Assembly (NCBI GenBank): GCA_002633005.1
Contig: NMRA01000296.1
Coordinates: 226,399 to 290,398, forward strand
Direction of reading: 5' to 3'
DNA: 64,000 nt
Source: Phoronis australis
Lineage: Eukaryota > Animalia > Phoronida
Under the pieces are notes generated by a model. The model did no database searches. It was given only the letters and a program-made list of their open reading frames with translations, and was not told where the DNA came from. Position numbers and translations under genes: made by a program. Of this stretch, positions 13,121-27,300 are shown piece by piece. Every line of letters starts with the position of its first letter. The first letter of the stretch is position 1.

Positions 13121-14152
13121 CGAGCAAATGAATTTCACATTTCGTGTTATGCTTGACTGGAATCAACAGTTTTGTCCATTCACACAAAAAATCTTTATTT
13201 AACGAAAATACCCATACGTAAATATTTACCATACATGCACGCAAAATCTACACCCGGGTGCAAATGCAAATTTACATGTCGTTGGCATTGGAGAAAAGAA
13301 AAACAATATGTGCGCTCAGACCTACTCTTTACATATCTCAGCCAAGTCGAAACAAGCATCAATAGCTAGTAATGACAAGATTCATCTGTAATAATTGCCT
13401 TAAATCAAGATATACTGAAGCTCTGAGGTTCAGGTATCTCTCCTTACGGGATTGCTTTTGGAAAGTCTCGCAAACGGTAAGCATTGATATAACAAAGATC
13501 GACGAACTGGTGGCAAAATACATTTAACAATGGGGATTTCAAAGAGTTAGGGTGGTTGAAAATTGTCAAATGTCAGATTTCTTTCTATATTATTACTCAT
13601 TTTACCAAGTATTCTTCGAAAGTATTACAAACGAATGAGACAATCCAGCAATCGGGTTTGTGCCAAGTCGTGACGAATGCTTGCTAGATTTGGTAACAGC
13701 ACTGCATGTAAACTTGACGGAGTCACAAAAGCAGCATGACCTATCACGAAATCGGCTATGACAGCTAATTTCAAGTATCCACTGACAACGGGAAACACGG
13801 GAAATTTTCACATTGTCATCACTTGAATGATACAGTAAATTAGTGATTTCCCAGTTGCAGCGGTCTCGCACGAGTATCGCTGGAAGTCGCATATCAATGA
13901 TCGCGTCCGAAGTATTGTTTGAGGTTTTGTTTCAGCACCATGGTCCCAGTACTCGATTATTTTTTGGTGTGCGATAGCTGAGACTGATTATATCATTAGT
14001 GGTTAGACAAGATCGCGTTCATTTGGAATTTCAACGTTCATAGTGAACAACGAAGTTTTGCAAAGTGAATCGCAAAGCTGATTTGTTCCGATGAAATTAT
14101 AAGTACATGTATGCTAATTGTACCTCTTATAGGGATGAAATAGTGAAACCGT

Positions 14153-14312
14153 GCAGCAGCAGCAGCAGCAGCAGCAGCTATAGAGCAACAACAGCAGCAG
14201 CAGAAGCAGCAGCAGCAGGAGCAGCAGCAGGAGCTATAGCAGCAGCAGCAGCAGCAGCAGGAGCTATAGCAGCAGCAGCAGCAGCAGCAGCAGCAACCGT
14301 GACAGCAGCAGC
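14153..14312. repeat. Interrupted (GCA/CAG)n trinucleotide microsatellite
   Basis: Long GCA runs interrupted by GGA and GAGCTATA units. This explains the poly-Cys and poly-Ala ORFs in the track. Confidence 0.95.
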
Positions 14313-14734
14313 ACGGGTTAAATGCGCTATTAGAGGTACGTGGCCTTAGTAATGTCAAAATGAAAGAAATAGCATCTTTCACAGTTGCATTCAGTCAAAT
14401 AACGCTTCGTTTGGTAATTCCTAATTCACCAACAGTAAGCAACAGGCAAATGAAGTTGGTTGCAGAATAAAGGCAACGGGAGTAAACAGGCAAGTATTGT
14501 CATCGACTTGAGTGTGCGAATAAAAATGATAACAAGACGAATATAGACGGTAAACGTATAATACAAAACAAAAGTTTCGATATGCGCACGAACTACATGT
14601 TCTCATCACTAGATATCTTTCAAGCTGTCAGCTCCTAAGTACGGTATACAGATCATGTACTGTATAGTCGATAGGTTTATGTTATCTATTGGCATTGGGA
14701 ATCAGTTGAACTGCCTCTAAGGATGTTCACTTGT

Positions 14735-14927
14735 CATGCGCCCACCCAGCCTTTAATATGAGGGCTCGAATTCCTGGCGGACTAAAAAAAAGAGAATAAA
14801 AACGGGAGTACCACTGTAAATTGCGCGTTTGCGCTAATTTAGTGGACTTTTGTCCCATTTTCTTGGACTTTTTGTCTCTCAGGGGAGGACGTTTTTGCCC
14901 ACTTCGCCAAATGGGGGTGCGCGCATG
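14735..14927. mobile_element. MITE, CATGCGCGCACCCAG-TIR family, copy 2
   Basis: CATGCGCCCACCCAG ... GGGGGTGCGCGCATG with the 5-bp TSD CTTGT on both sides. It shares the internal TTTAGTGGACTTTTGTC with copy 3. Confidence 0.85.
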
Positions 14928-15381
14928 CTTGTGAGACTAAGGCACCACCGATCGGCCCTTGTGGAGAATACCAGACAACATAGCTTATTATAAGAACAAC
15001 TGCGCATGTCTTCAGCTTACAACACCAGGAATGGCGAACGATCCCAACGCGGGAAATATAGCATCTCAAGTAGAGGGTTACTACATATATAATCTAGCAA
15101 TTTTGCACCTGTGCTTAAGTTGCTCGCATAAATAAGAGTATTAATTTTACATAAATTAACTTTGCTTTCGCTCAAAAATATTTGCAAAACTCGGGAGATT
15201 ACTCAATTGCATTAACATGAAGCGAAACCAACAACGAGTAATCTATGATTTACAGACACGATAGACAGAAGCTCTCAAAAATAAGCAAAAACTCCTAACT
15301 GTTAAACATAGGTAACCGTATGATAACAATTTCGCAGCTGATCCTCGTGTTAATTTACATTTTGATCAGGAAAGATAGTCA

Positions 15382-18300
15382 TCACGACAGTTTCGTCTTT
15401 GCCCTTAAGATTTGCATTGTTTTGCCGCTAGGATTCGCCGAGATCAGGAACGTTTCTCCGCCATTTTTGAAAACCTCCCAGTCGGCAGATGGCAATGTAT
15501 ATAGACGATGTGCAGGTACGAACCTTTCTGAACCTTGCCATCTGAAAACAAAAGTTGTGAACGTCATATTACGCAATGCGAGAAGTTAAAGTAATGTTTT
15601 AACGTGTGTAACTACTCTGTCGCATGTAAACAATCCCAGAAAACTAGCGAACCTATTTGTTATAACCACACCTCGTTTACTAACGTACAATCAATAATTC
15701 CCGAAATCATCGCTCAACCTGCCGTTTTATTAATGAATGTTTGCTAATTGTATTTATTCTTAGACTCCTTACACTTTTGAAATCGAATGCTTCGTGGCTT
15801 AAAGGGTCATTCATGCGAGCCTTTTTCACGGATTTCTGTCTGGATTTTTCCGCAAAATGTTGCCGGAGTGAGGACAGATAATCATTCTGCAATTGTTGTG
15901 TTCACGTCATAAATTTCAAAGATTCCAGGAAAATCCTAAAAGCAGCAAAAACTTCCAAAATGAAGTCTCGCATGAATGGACCTTCAGTAATATTATAACA
16001 TTTCGTTGTAGCTACTCGATAAATCCGTGGAATTTCCAGCAGTTTAAGAGACACTACGCCCTCTTTACGGTGCCCAAAAATCTGCGACTTTGCGCCTTGA
16101 TAAAACAAATTTGAGGTACTTTAACTACCTGTTTACCTACCCTCTCCTTTATTGTCAGTCTCCTCCATGTTATCCCAATTTCAACCCCTTTCTCCCTCTC
16201 TCCCTTACAGGCACTTACTTGTAAACAATAGACACGCGTTCCTCGTCAACAGTGGCTGCGTATTGAGCATTTGAGAGAATGAGAAAGTGATCAGGTCCCA
16301 CTGTGAAATGTTCCCAGTCCACTGCACTGAAAAGCAAAAGAAACGTTGGGGTTCCATGGTATGTTACATGCGCGCACTCAGCCTAAAAATGGGGGCCTCG
16401 AATTTTTTAGAATGTGGGCCTCTTACTAAGATTCACGGGGTACATTTACAGCTATGAATTGTGCATTCCCCGAATTCTATTAGTTCCTGCCTTTTTAGTG
16501 GACTTTTGTCTTGTTTTCTATTTTTTAGTAGTTTTTTCTCTGACGCTGACCTTTTTTCCACTTCCACCGAGCCCCTCCCTCTCCTGTGTGCGTGCATGTG
16601 TTACTCGAAGTGAACACTGGCATGGGCCTGTGGCAACCCTTTCACATAGGGAAAATTCATTAGGTGAAGAATCAAACAAAACTTACCAAGTGTCAACAAT
16701 TACAGATATTTTATAATTATTTCTCGTTTAGTCTTTAAAGTTGAACATTGACGAATATGTTTTTGCCCCACACATTTGGTATATAATGTCAAAATTGTCC
16801 GAACACTGGTTGAGACGTCTTACCTGTTCGTGGGAACGGACTGGAATTTTTCAAAACGTCTCTTCCCTCTATCTAGCCTGTAAATAGTAGAGTTAGTCGA
16901 ATACGCTTTTTCTTTTGTCGGATTCTGTGGGCCGAAGTTGTAGGAATTGGCCACTGCCAAAAACACATGATCACCAATGGTAAACGACTCCCAGTCTGTG
17001 GCACCGTAAGTCTGCAGAAAAGAAAGCTAACTAGTCCACATGTTAAGCTGCTATGGATCCTTTTTGTCAAAATCTAACTTTGATATAAACCACTTATGAC
17101 TAGACTCAGGCTGAGTTTCGTAGACCCAAGAATCTCGCGATTAAAGCTAACTTGATCGCGTGTTTTGCTTGTAATGCATGGCGCGAACTTGCTTTTTTGT
17201 GAGGAGGGTATTACGTCCACGGAACGAACCCCTCGTCTCAACGTGTTTCTTGCATAAACAACAATAAAACCGATACTGAGACACACACAGCGAGTTTCTC
17301 AGGTTGTTAGATGTCCGGTCTGAAGAATTTTTTGTTACGTTTTTAAAATAATCATCAAGTAACGGTAAGAAAAACATGCCACCGAAATGAGTTCCCTTTT
17401 GGTTAGTGATCACAAAAGGCAGACTGGGCCGGGCTGGGTTCCGTATAGACGCAATACATAAGCTTGCATTTGCGGCAAAAAATCTTTTCTAATGGAACGA
17501 AAACAATGAATTCAATCCCATAATTCAACATTTCAACCTCACCTACTAATCACTGCAATGGCTGTCTTTTTGCTAGGATAGGCCAACTAGCTTCCGATAT
17601 TCGCAAAACGCTCGCCTTTCACTCTCGTGATTTTGCCAAGTCTCGAGAGATCTTTTTTTCCTCGCAAAAAACCTAAGTTGATCCATACAACGTTCTCCAG
17701 ACTCTTCGACCAATTTCTATGTAACACCGTAACATTCGAACCAGCGCCCTCTTAGTCTATACTGTAGCGGAGAAAAAAATATATGTATCGCAGCAGCGTC
17801 TAGACCGGAAACCAGCCAGGGCTTCACTTACCAGCTATAAACAATCCAGAATCGATAACCGTTGCTTCTGCTCACCTCAAATCCTTGGAAAAACACGAAT
17901 TCGTGTTGTTGCCAAATGTAGAGTTTCGAGAACAGTTGCGTCGATTGTCCGTCAAAGGTATTAGCCACAGCAAGGAAGTGGTAACTTGCTACTTGGAAGT
18001 ACGTCCAGTCGTAAGCGCCAGCTGTAGGAATTTTTTGGAATTCCTCGAACTTCCGTTTAGCCTTGTTCCATTTGTAAATGATTGAGTTGATCATGGTGTT
18101 ATCATCTGAAATATGAGTCTACATTGTTTTCGCCTATTCAGAAACAGTGATTTTAAATTTCCAACAAAGTATACACATTTTGGCGGTATGCGACGTTTTC
18201 GGGGCGCTATTTCGAAATCCCACTACATTAGATTGAATGTTGCAGTTTGCTGTGTATATACCGTATTATTCGCGTTTACAATTAATGTTTAACAAAATGC

Positions 18301-21300
18301 TGCTTAGTATCAAAACTTCGTAGCACAATAGGTTTCTAAGACTTTATGACTAAAATGATATTATATTTTTCTTTCAGCGTGTTATACCATGTGATCTTGA
18401 AGGCAGTGGGTCCAAATAAAAAAAAAAATAGAAAACAGTTCTGCAACAGGTCCTTTCAAAACGTTTGAAATGTTCTAGCATTAAATCGTTTAACTCCAAC
18501 GATATTACAGATATTAGACAGGCAACAGTGATGTCTGCAAAAAATATGGGTGTCAAATAGTAAACAAAATGGTTTCACAATATATATTTTCCTGTTTTTA
18601 GATTTTAAGCTTTTTCGAAAGCCTTGACATTTTCAAAAATTAGTGTAAATCATCTAAAAAGAACGCATATCGGGGGAGATCGTCTTTCCGGGGTACTTTT
18701 TTGGAAGTCTTCGATCTTTACAACAGACTTGAAATTGAAATATCACACAACATTATGATTCGCTGTTGCGAAAAAGAAAAGCAGTGCACATACATGTGTG
18801 CGCGCGTGTGTGTGCGTACCTTTTTCGTGATTTGCTACCGCTAAGTAATGATCGCCGTTTATGTGGAAGTACTCCATATCACGTGCCTTAAACGTCACGA
18901 GTTCTTGGTGAATGCGAAACTTCCTTCTTCTTTTGCGCCAGCGATAAATAGTAGAACGAGTATTCTTTTGACCGCTCAGTCCGAAGTTGGCGACTGCAAG
19001 GAAAAACTGAAAATAAATATCCTTCGTCAATGGTGAAATAATAGCTAATGGCTTTTTAGTCAATAAGATATGTGGGATATTTTGATTTAAATCGAAAATG
19101 TACACCCTTTCGGTGGTGGCTAAAAATCTGCAACTTTAACTAATATACAATACGTTTGACACGCCTTAAGCACGATAAAGGATTATAAGCTCTACCCCGA
19201 ATATAACAGGTCTAAATCGGATTCTGTTATTCGCTAAAGGTCATTGCGGTCTGCGGAAGTGACTTGAGTTCCGATCATAGGCTTCACCCTTACGGTGAAG
19301 GTGTCTGATTTCGAATAAAAGTAATAAAAACGGGTGGCATTCGGGGCTCATATTCAACTTCCCACAAAGATTTCATTATTCTTTTTTAAATTTGGCTAGA
19401 ACGTGTTAGCAGTAACCCAATGGCGTAGGTATTCAACGAGGAGTGACCGAGAGAGGGGTAGTGACCACGGGGGTCTGACGCAAATTGGAAGAATGAGTTT
19501 CAACCGGGGTGAGGGATTTTTTTGCACTGAACAAGGATTAGGAGAGCATCGCCACACTGTGACATCCGGGGCTATGCCAGTGCAGTATCTCAATGAAAGA
19601 ACTTCCACTTTGTTTTAAAGCACCAGTACTCAGTAGTATGAGGAGTCAAGATCATGTGCCTAAATGTGACTAATTCAGTGGGTCCTATATAAATTTGACG
19701 CATTCACTTCTTGTAGTTTCTCAGCCGCAGACGTGACTTGGCAGTTTAATACGTGTAATTATACTTCGAGCTTGCCGTTAGACGAGAGTTTAATTATAAA
19801 GTGAAAACGCGAGTTTTGATTCACCTGGTTATCAATTTGGAAAAACTCCCAGGATCCCGCTGCATAGGTGGTTAAATTCTGATACTGCTCAAATGTCCCG
19901 TTAATCCACTGGTATACTGTGCTGGTCTGTTTCTTTCCTGAAGAGATATTGAAGCTCGCCAGCGCCATGAACGTGCCCACGTGTGGAATGTTGAACACTT
20001 CCAAATCGACAGCAGGAGAGGGCGTTGATATTGTAGCGTAGTCTTCAAAATAAGCTAAAGACATCGAAAGTCCTTCTTTCTGAACTGCAAAGAAATTTGA
20101 AAATTTTATCTTAAGGTTATATCATTGCAAAATCTGTTTATTTAACTCTGTGAAAGAATGTGTTTTCTGAAAGTACAAAGTCTGTAAAATCTGATTTCTT
20201 TGGATCAGTTTGTCAGTAATCAGTCACGTGACCATATATTTTTGGACAAATGCCAAAAGGAAAGATACGATCAGAGCAAAGCAAAAGAAGCGAAAATATG
20301 ACAACATTTTGTTTTATATAAATATTTATGATGAATTCTAAAAAATCCTATCATTTTGTTCGCATTTTATGCAAGTTTTGAGTTTTTTCCAAAAAAAATC
20401 ATAAAAGTACAGTTTCATAGCTTCTCAAGTAAAAGTGAAATATTTTCTAAGATATTCAATTTCTGATGGTAGCGTTTTGGAGAACAGTACGAATGAAAAT
20501 TTCAAATGATCCCCATAAGCCAATATTTAATATGATGTCACGAAGTTTGCCAAATTTGGACATTTTTCTGCTGTCCTATGTAACCGACTTAATGTGAGCT
20601 TAGGAACACGAGTTTTCGAAAACGGCTTGATGGATTTTACTGAAACTTTCCAAAACTAAGTATGTAATCATCATTCTCAAAAAAGATTATAGGATTTTTG
20701 ATCTAAAGGCCAAGTTTTTGCGTAATGTAACAATGGCGAATATAACTATTGTTTACAAAAATGCCTTACGTTTTGCGAGTTGATTTGTCATAGAAATCAA
20801 ACTAAAAGGCTAGTCGTAAATTCCTAACAACTTTTTGAGGTAAGTGGTGAAGTTTTCATTTATAAAAGGTTTCATTAAAATCGACCGAGGCTTTATTTTG
20901 CTATAAATACACATTTCTTAAACATGAATTTTAATTTAAATAGCTATTAATGTAATCATAATAACGACACATAAATATAAAACATATATTTTATTCCCTG
21001 ATTGTTTTTCGTTCAGGAAATATACTTTTATTAGTTGACACAGCCTAGTTTTTGACATATCAGTTAGAATGGAGGCCACTAAATAAGGTTTGAGATTAAG
21101 TAATAGAAAGTAATATTAAACAAGTATTTTGACATGGCAAGGTAATGTTTGCGCGCCACCTACTGACGTTAACAAGACGACCAAAATGTAACACAGGTAT
21201 AATCACAAGAATGGAAATAAAAGTCTAGTTCTAACATGATGCACAAAAATTCATTACTGGAGACAACACCTGCTTCTATTTCTTACCGTTAGAAGTGTAC

Positions 21301-24300
21301 TCGCTTACTGTCCGCCAGATGCCACTAAAACACACTTTCAGCAGATTTGTGTAAACATCATACCACAGTTTACCGGTGTCCCTCCAAGAGCAATATCTGT
21401 TGACCGGGCTAAAAGCTGGCTCTAAAGAATAATTAAAATTTACAGAAATTAACGGAGGCAAACGCGTTCTTGTTTCTACTTTCCAAACGTGCCTTGCTTT
21501 CCCATTTTCACGATTTTTATAATGACATCGTACTATGCTGCCGACAGTGCGAAATTGGCGTCCAAATCAAACCCATACATATCAACCAATAGGAACGCCG
21601 ACTGGCGGGGTTGTTTTTTGTGTTGATTTTGGTGTTTTTGATATGAAATTGGTGATTTTAAGCATATTTTGTTTAAGGATACAATAACTTTCTTGAACAT
21701 TCTTTTCGACTTTTACTGGCAAAATTATCTTCACCGTTTGTCACTCACTGGCTCGCGCAGACTAACGAGATTCACAAGTTTATGCTGTAATTATGAAATG
21801 AAGTTTGCTATTTGAGCAATCAGTATTTTGACTCCTCTTCGCTTTTGCTATGCAGCAGTTTGCTGTGTTCTTTACGAACACGGCTACTACTAGAGCAAAA
21901 AATGATTGACATGTATGCTAACTCACCATGGACACTGTTTTATTCATTGATTAATCGTACACACTTAAAAATATATCTACCGATGAATTTAGATCGACTG
22001 GCTTTAACTCACAGCGAGCATTTCATTTCTGCAGGATACACGACGGCGATGTGTTATCATTCATAGGATCTAAGTTATGCATAACATGTTAGCTTGGCGT
22101 CTCAATATAATGCTCTAGGCATGCTGCGTTATTGAGACCATCTTGTATTTTCATTTTGGTGCTGTAGCAATTAGCGTAAGTTGCCCGAGACAGATAAAAT
22201 TCAAAATGAGTGAGTGCAACAGACAAAATGCCATTTTGAAAACGTCATCTTACCTGCAGACGGTTGCAATGAAGTCGGGTTTGGACTCCAGGCGATGTCG
22301 GGTAGATTGAGTTGAGCGGAGGGGCAAGCCTGTCTAGAGGCGTCACCCCCCGGAACAATGAGAAGCTGTTTTAGCAGTCCCTGAAATTACAAAGTGTTGA
22401 TTAATATACACGCGCAAAGTTTGACTGGGTTTCATTCCCTAACACAAGACACTCGCGAGTAATTTAAGCTAGTGAGATCACGTGCTGCGCTTCTAATGCT
22501 TGGTGGTATCTCAAGACTTTCGTGATCTTGCCAAACTTGCTAGAAGCTAGCTTTATAGAACGTGAAAGCTAATGAGGTAATAATAAGCCGCTAAATATGC
22601 CAGTTCATGTCAATTGTTTTTGTCGAATTTTCCCGCATTTGGTTTGCTCAAGGAACACAGAAAATGATCCCGCAAGTTTTGCGTTCGAGCGATAAAGATT
22701 CCGCAAAAAAATCCAGAATTTTTCAGGAAAAACAGACTCGTATGAATGGGCTTCATAAGGCATGGCCAAGACCCGCAAAGACTTGCGTGATCTCACTGAA
22801 CTCGTAAGATACAACCTTTACTGAAACCCCCTTCTTGGTTTTGGGCAAAATATAGGAGGAGCGAAAGTAAGTGAACCGACTCCTCTCTCTAGATGTTATC
22901 ACTCCCACAATTCCAAGCTTGTATTGCCAGTGTTTCCGGTAAAATTCTCAATTTTAACACTCAACACGAGCACGCATGCAGTAAACGGCTACATCACTTG
23001 CAATAGCTGATGAATATGTCATTGGTTTGCCCTGAGGTCTTTCCCGCTCCTACACACAAAAAACCAGATGAAAGAGTCTACCTCGTTTGAGTCTCGGGAG
23101 AAGTTTCGTTTGCTAGATAGTCTCGGTAAATGTTTGATGAATCATGAAAGATGAGAAATAATAAAATAGGAAATCGGAGACACATTAGTGCTGACGTTTT
23201 TTATCTAGTCTCTATGAACAGAATGCATGACCCTGCATTGGAAACACTTTATACTCTACGTCTCTATAGCAGCGGCGCTTACCGACGTAGCATTAGTATT
23301 CATTTCATTCATTTCCGTTCGCTTGACAGCGAGGTGTTAATTCCTGAGACGAAAACGTTGATGTACATGACTGAAAAGTCAAACCGTGCCGTTTTATGTT
23401 GATTAAGGTAATTTCCGTTTTGCGTTAGACAAAATATTTATAAAAACTAATGTTATCGTAAGCCCATTCAATCAAATTTAATTCCCCAAATGATATTAAT
23501 TTTTTCTCGAAACAGACAGAAACGAATAAACGGAAAACTTCAATTTTTTGGATTTCTGGTGGCGTATCAAGAAAATGACAGCTGAAGTGTAGCGAAACAT
23601 TTTGTAATAGATGTTAAGCTGCAATTCATAAAATGTTTGTACCAAGTGATACTTCTAAACTGATGATTTTTTTCTGTGTCTAAATGACAAAATCAAAGGA
23701 AAAATGTAAATTGTTCAGGGGAATGAACGGTTAATATCAAACTTAAGAAATGAATAAATAGACAAATTAAACTTACGGAGAATTGAGATATTCCTATTTT
23801 TCTATTGGCTACGTGAATGTTATCCCCCTTCGTCTTCAAAAACGCTGGAACTACCCGTCGTAGTCTCCTAGTTCTTGCCTTGCCGCAGTCAACCCGTAGC
23901 GACACTGTGTTTCCTCCGACACTTACTATGAATGTATGCCAGCCGCCGTCAGAAATTCGCGCATTTTTGAAAACAGTTTTGCGAGAACTAGGCGAGTTCA
24001 CGTGATCACTGTAGTCCAAAATCACGCGACCGCGTGACAACCGTAATCCCAGTTTAATATTAATACTGTTTTCTGGTATTATTGCAAATATATATTCTTC
24101 TGATGTCTTCGTCTTATCAGAAGCTTTCAGGGTTACCAGCACTGAAAATTCTTCTGGAAAGAAATCACATCTTGGCAAAATATTCTTGGCGGGAAAACGT
24201 AGCGTCCCAGCATGCAAGCTAAACTTGTATGCGTGTAAGTTACTGTCAGTGTCGTACTCAATACCAACACCCCTCGGAAGGTAGTAGCGGTTCGGAATGA

Positions 24301-27300
24301 CTTTTTGCAAGAGGTAGATGGGTCGAACATCTGAAAAAATCAGACGAGAAAAGATCACATTGATTCCGGCTAAGTAATTCCTTACTTCTCTTATACGCTG
24401 AAACACAATACAAGTTTTTGCCCCAGGTTAATTCCCTGAATTATATTTTAAAAAGTCGCACACCACCATTTAAGTGTGTTGTTTGTCAGTAGACGACAAT
24501 TTTAATGTGTTGACAATGGCCAAAAAGTCGTACACTACAATCAAAGCGTGTTGACAGTGGCTCAAAAGTCATATACGGCAATCTAAATGTGTTGACAGTG
24601 ATTCAAAGAAAAGTCGCACAAGACAATCTGATTGTGTTGATAATGACTCAAAAGTTGTTCATACGCGGGTATGACACAAACTTGTACAAGAAGCTCGCCA
24701 CGCGTTGGTGGACATGACAGAATAGCGCCAGGTACTTTCATACACGTATGTCGAACGTCCGTGAAGCTAATCAACTTTCAATTAATACAACCTGGAAAAA
24801 AATTATTTACAATGATAAATTGAATCTTGAGAGATTACAGGCAAGGTGGTCTTTTTTGCCTAACTAGCTTTTATAGGGTCCGATAATGTTCGTAATTTGT
24901 TTGATGTACACTAAACTAGATGTCATATTGTCGCACAACTATGAACTGGTTGGTTGAGTTAATAAATATCTATGAAAAAAAAACTTTCAATTAATGCCGC
25001 CTTGATTATGTTTTCTCATTTTTGGGATATTGAATTCACGGTTGTGATAAGCAGTGCTACAAAGGAAGGTTTAATGATCCTGACAATGTAGTCACTTGTC
25101 AAAACAAGGTAAACGGGTGCTTAAGTACTGTAAGTTACGCAGGACCTTGCAAATCCATAGATTTTAACCTCAGTAATAGAATGTATTTTATGAAAAGAGA
25201 CAGCCTGTAGAATTTTGACTTTATACCAATCTGCCACGTGAACATGTCTCGTTAGTAAATTTTAGCAAAAAGACCGGTATATCCATATCAAAACAGCGGT
25301 ATCAATAACATGACCAATAATATCAATAACATGACCAATAGTATCAATAACATGACCAATAGTATCAATAACATGACCAACAGTATCAATAACATGACCA
25401 ATAGTATCAACAACATGACCAATAGTATCAATAAAATGACCAATAGTATCAATAACATGACCAGTAGTATCAATAACATGACCAGTAGTATCAATAACAT
25501 GACCAGCAGTATCAATAACATGACCAATAGTATCAATAACATGACCAATAGTATCAATAACATGACCAGTAGTATCAATAACATGACCAATAGTATCAAT
25601 AACATGAACAAATTGTGTTTGATATAAATGTGCAGGATGAAATCTCTAAAACTATGCTTGCAGTTTTCTAAATTATCATTTTCGTTTTATGTCACATCTG
25701 TTGTTTCCTTAAAAATCACATTTTGGCAGCCCTTCATGCAAGATAATGTTAAAAACAATTACTAACAATATTTTGGAGAACAGTACACAAAATATGATGT
25801 CTACCATTTCTGACACAAATTGCTTCAAGTTCGGCCACATTTGGTAATTTTTCGTGGGCCCTTGAGAGCGAGTTCCCTCATGTGGTGTATATCGTTTGGG
25901 CAACACTCCTTTTGGCCACAGCTGTAAACTAATCCAAAACAATTGACGAATTCCGTTTTCAAGGACACTTGCACCGTGTCAAAGGCGTCAGGTAACAGGG
26001 TATATTTCTGTGAACTACAAGTACAAAATACCAGAGAACGTGGCTTCACAGTCCTATTTTTATATTTTTTGTCCTACACTCATTGTTGCACTCCGACAAC
26101 CAATTGTCCCTACTGTGTAGAAATGGGTGGATTTATAGGTTAAGACCTAGGAGATACTAATCTGTGCTTCATTATTCTCACAGGGGGTTGGCGAGTTATT
26201 CTTAGAAGTCAAAGCTACAGTGACAACTGCTTGGACTATTGTTTGTATTCATAACTCGGTCACGAAGGGTGGAGAAGTGGTGTTTATTGTCTTGTGATAA
26301 TAGCTTACAAGACAAGTCATTATACGGTTGATAACGGCAGAATAGCAAAACTGGAAAAAAAGCATAACCTACACGTGCGCGTTCTAAGTCAGTGTTTAAC
26401 GACGTTAGGAGACTGTCAACTAAAATTCGAACTGCTTTACACATTAAATCATCGTAGACCAAGACTTCAAGGCCATTTCCAGTTTCCTTTTATTGTCACT
26501 CATTAAACAGTTTGACTACATTGTAAATTTCACTTCTTAACTTATCTCAATTTAATGGTCATTTAGTCACGTGACCATCCCATTTTTGTAGATGTCGACT
26601 AAGGCTTTCAACGTAAAGCCCCACGGAGCGTCAGCCATCTTTAAAAATGTTTCTTTGCCGGGTTCACGTTTTGGGAGAGGGGAGGGGGTGGTTTGGTCCT
26701 TCAATAAAAGAGGTTAATAACACATGAAACTATGGACGCATGGAGATCTTTGCTTGGCTACAAGGCAAGATTCTTTGGGCCGCTAATTTGATTTATTCGA
26801 GGGCGATGGCCTACTTAGCGAAGCGTGGGACTTTCTAATCCAAAATAAGACTGTTGTCAAAACGTTTTGAACTCAGAGGAAATTTCGCAAGTGCTCTAAA
26901 ATCACATGATATTGGCTGATTTAAATGTTAAACATCCTGTTTGTTTGTCCGTGAAATGCGCTCACTTGAGCGCATCGGAGCACTCGACGTGGATTTATCT
27001 GTGCCTATACCCATTCTTTTGTTAAAATTCGCTTTGTTTTTCGATCATTATATGAGGACGTCAAATGATTCTCATAAAGAGGCCGATGTTACAGGCCTCA
27101 TCAATCAAAAGAATATTAATGAACATTTTGTTAAGCTCGGTGTGTGTGTGTGTCTGTGTGTGTGCGTGTGCGTGTGTGTGTGTGTGTGTGTTTGCGTTTG
27201 CACTATGATACGACTGTCCTCAACTCATAAAAAGTGAAGAGCTGGCCCATTTAACCGTAGCGTGCATCTGGAATTGAAATCTGGAACTTAAAATTCCTGC

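Noticed and set aside
14038-14382. Poly-Cys and poly-Ala ORFs, superficially KRTAP- or antifreeze-like next to TSPEAR
   Set aside because: They are translations of a GCA microsatellite with no gene structure.
25288-25627. MTNSINN and LLILLVM repeat ORFs; possible CRISPR-like array
   Set aside because: A head-to-tail 21-bp minisatellite without unique spacers, inside a MITE.
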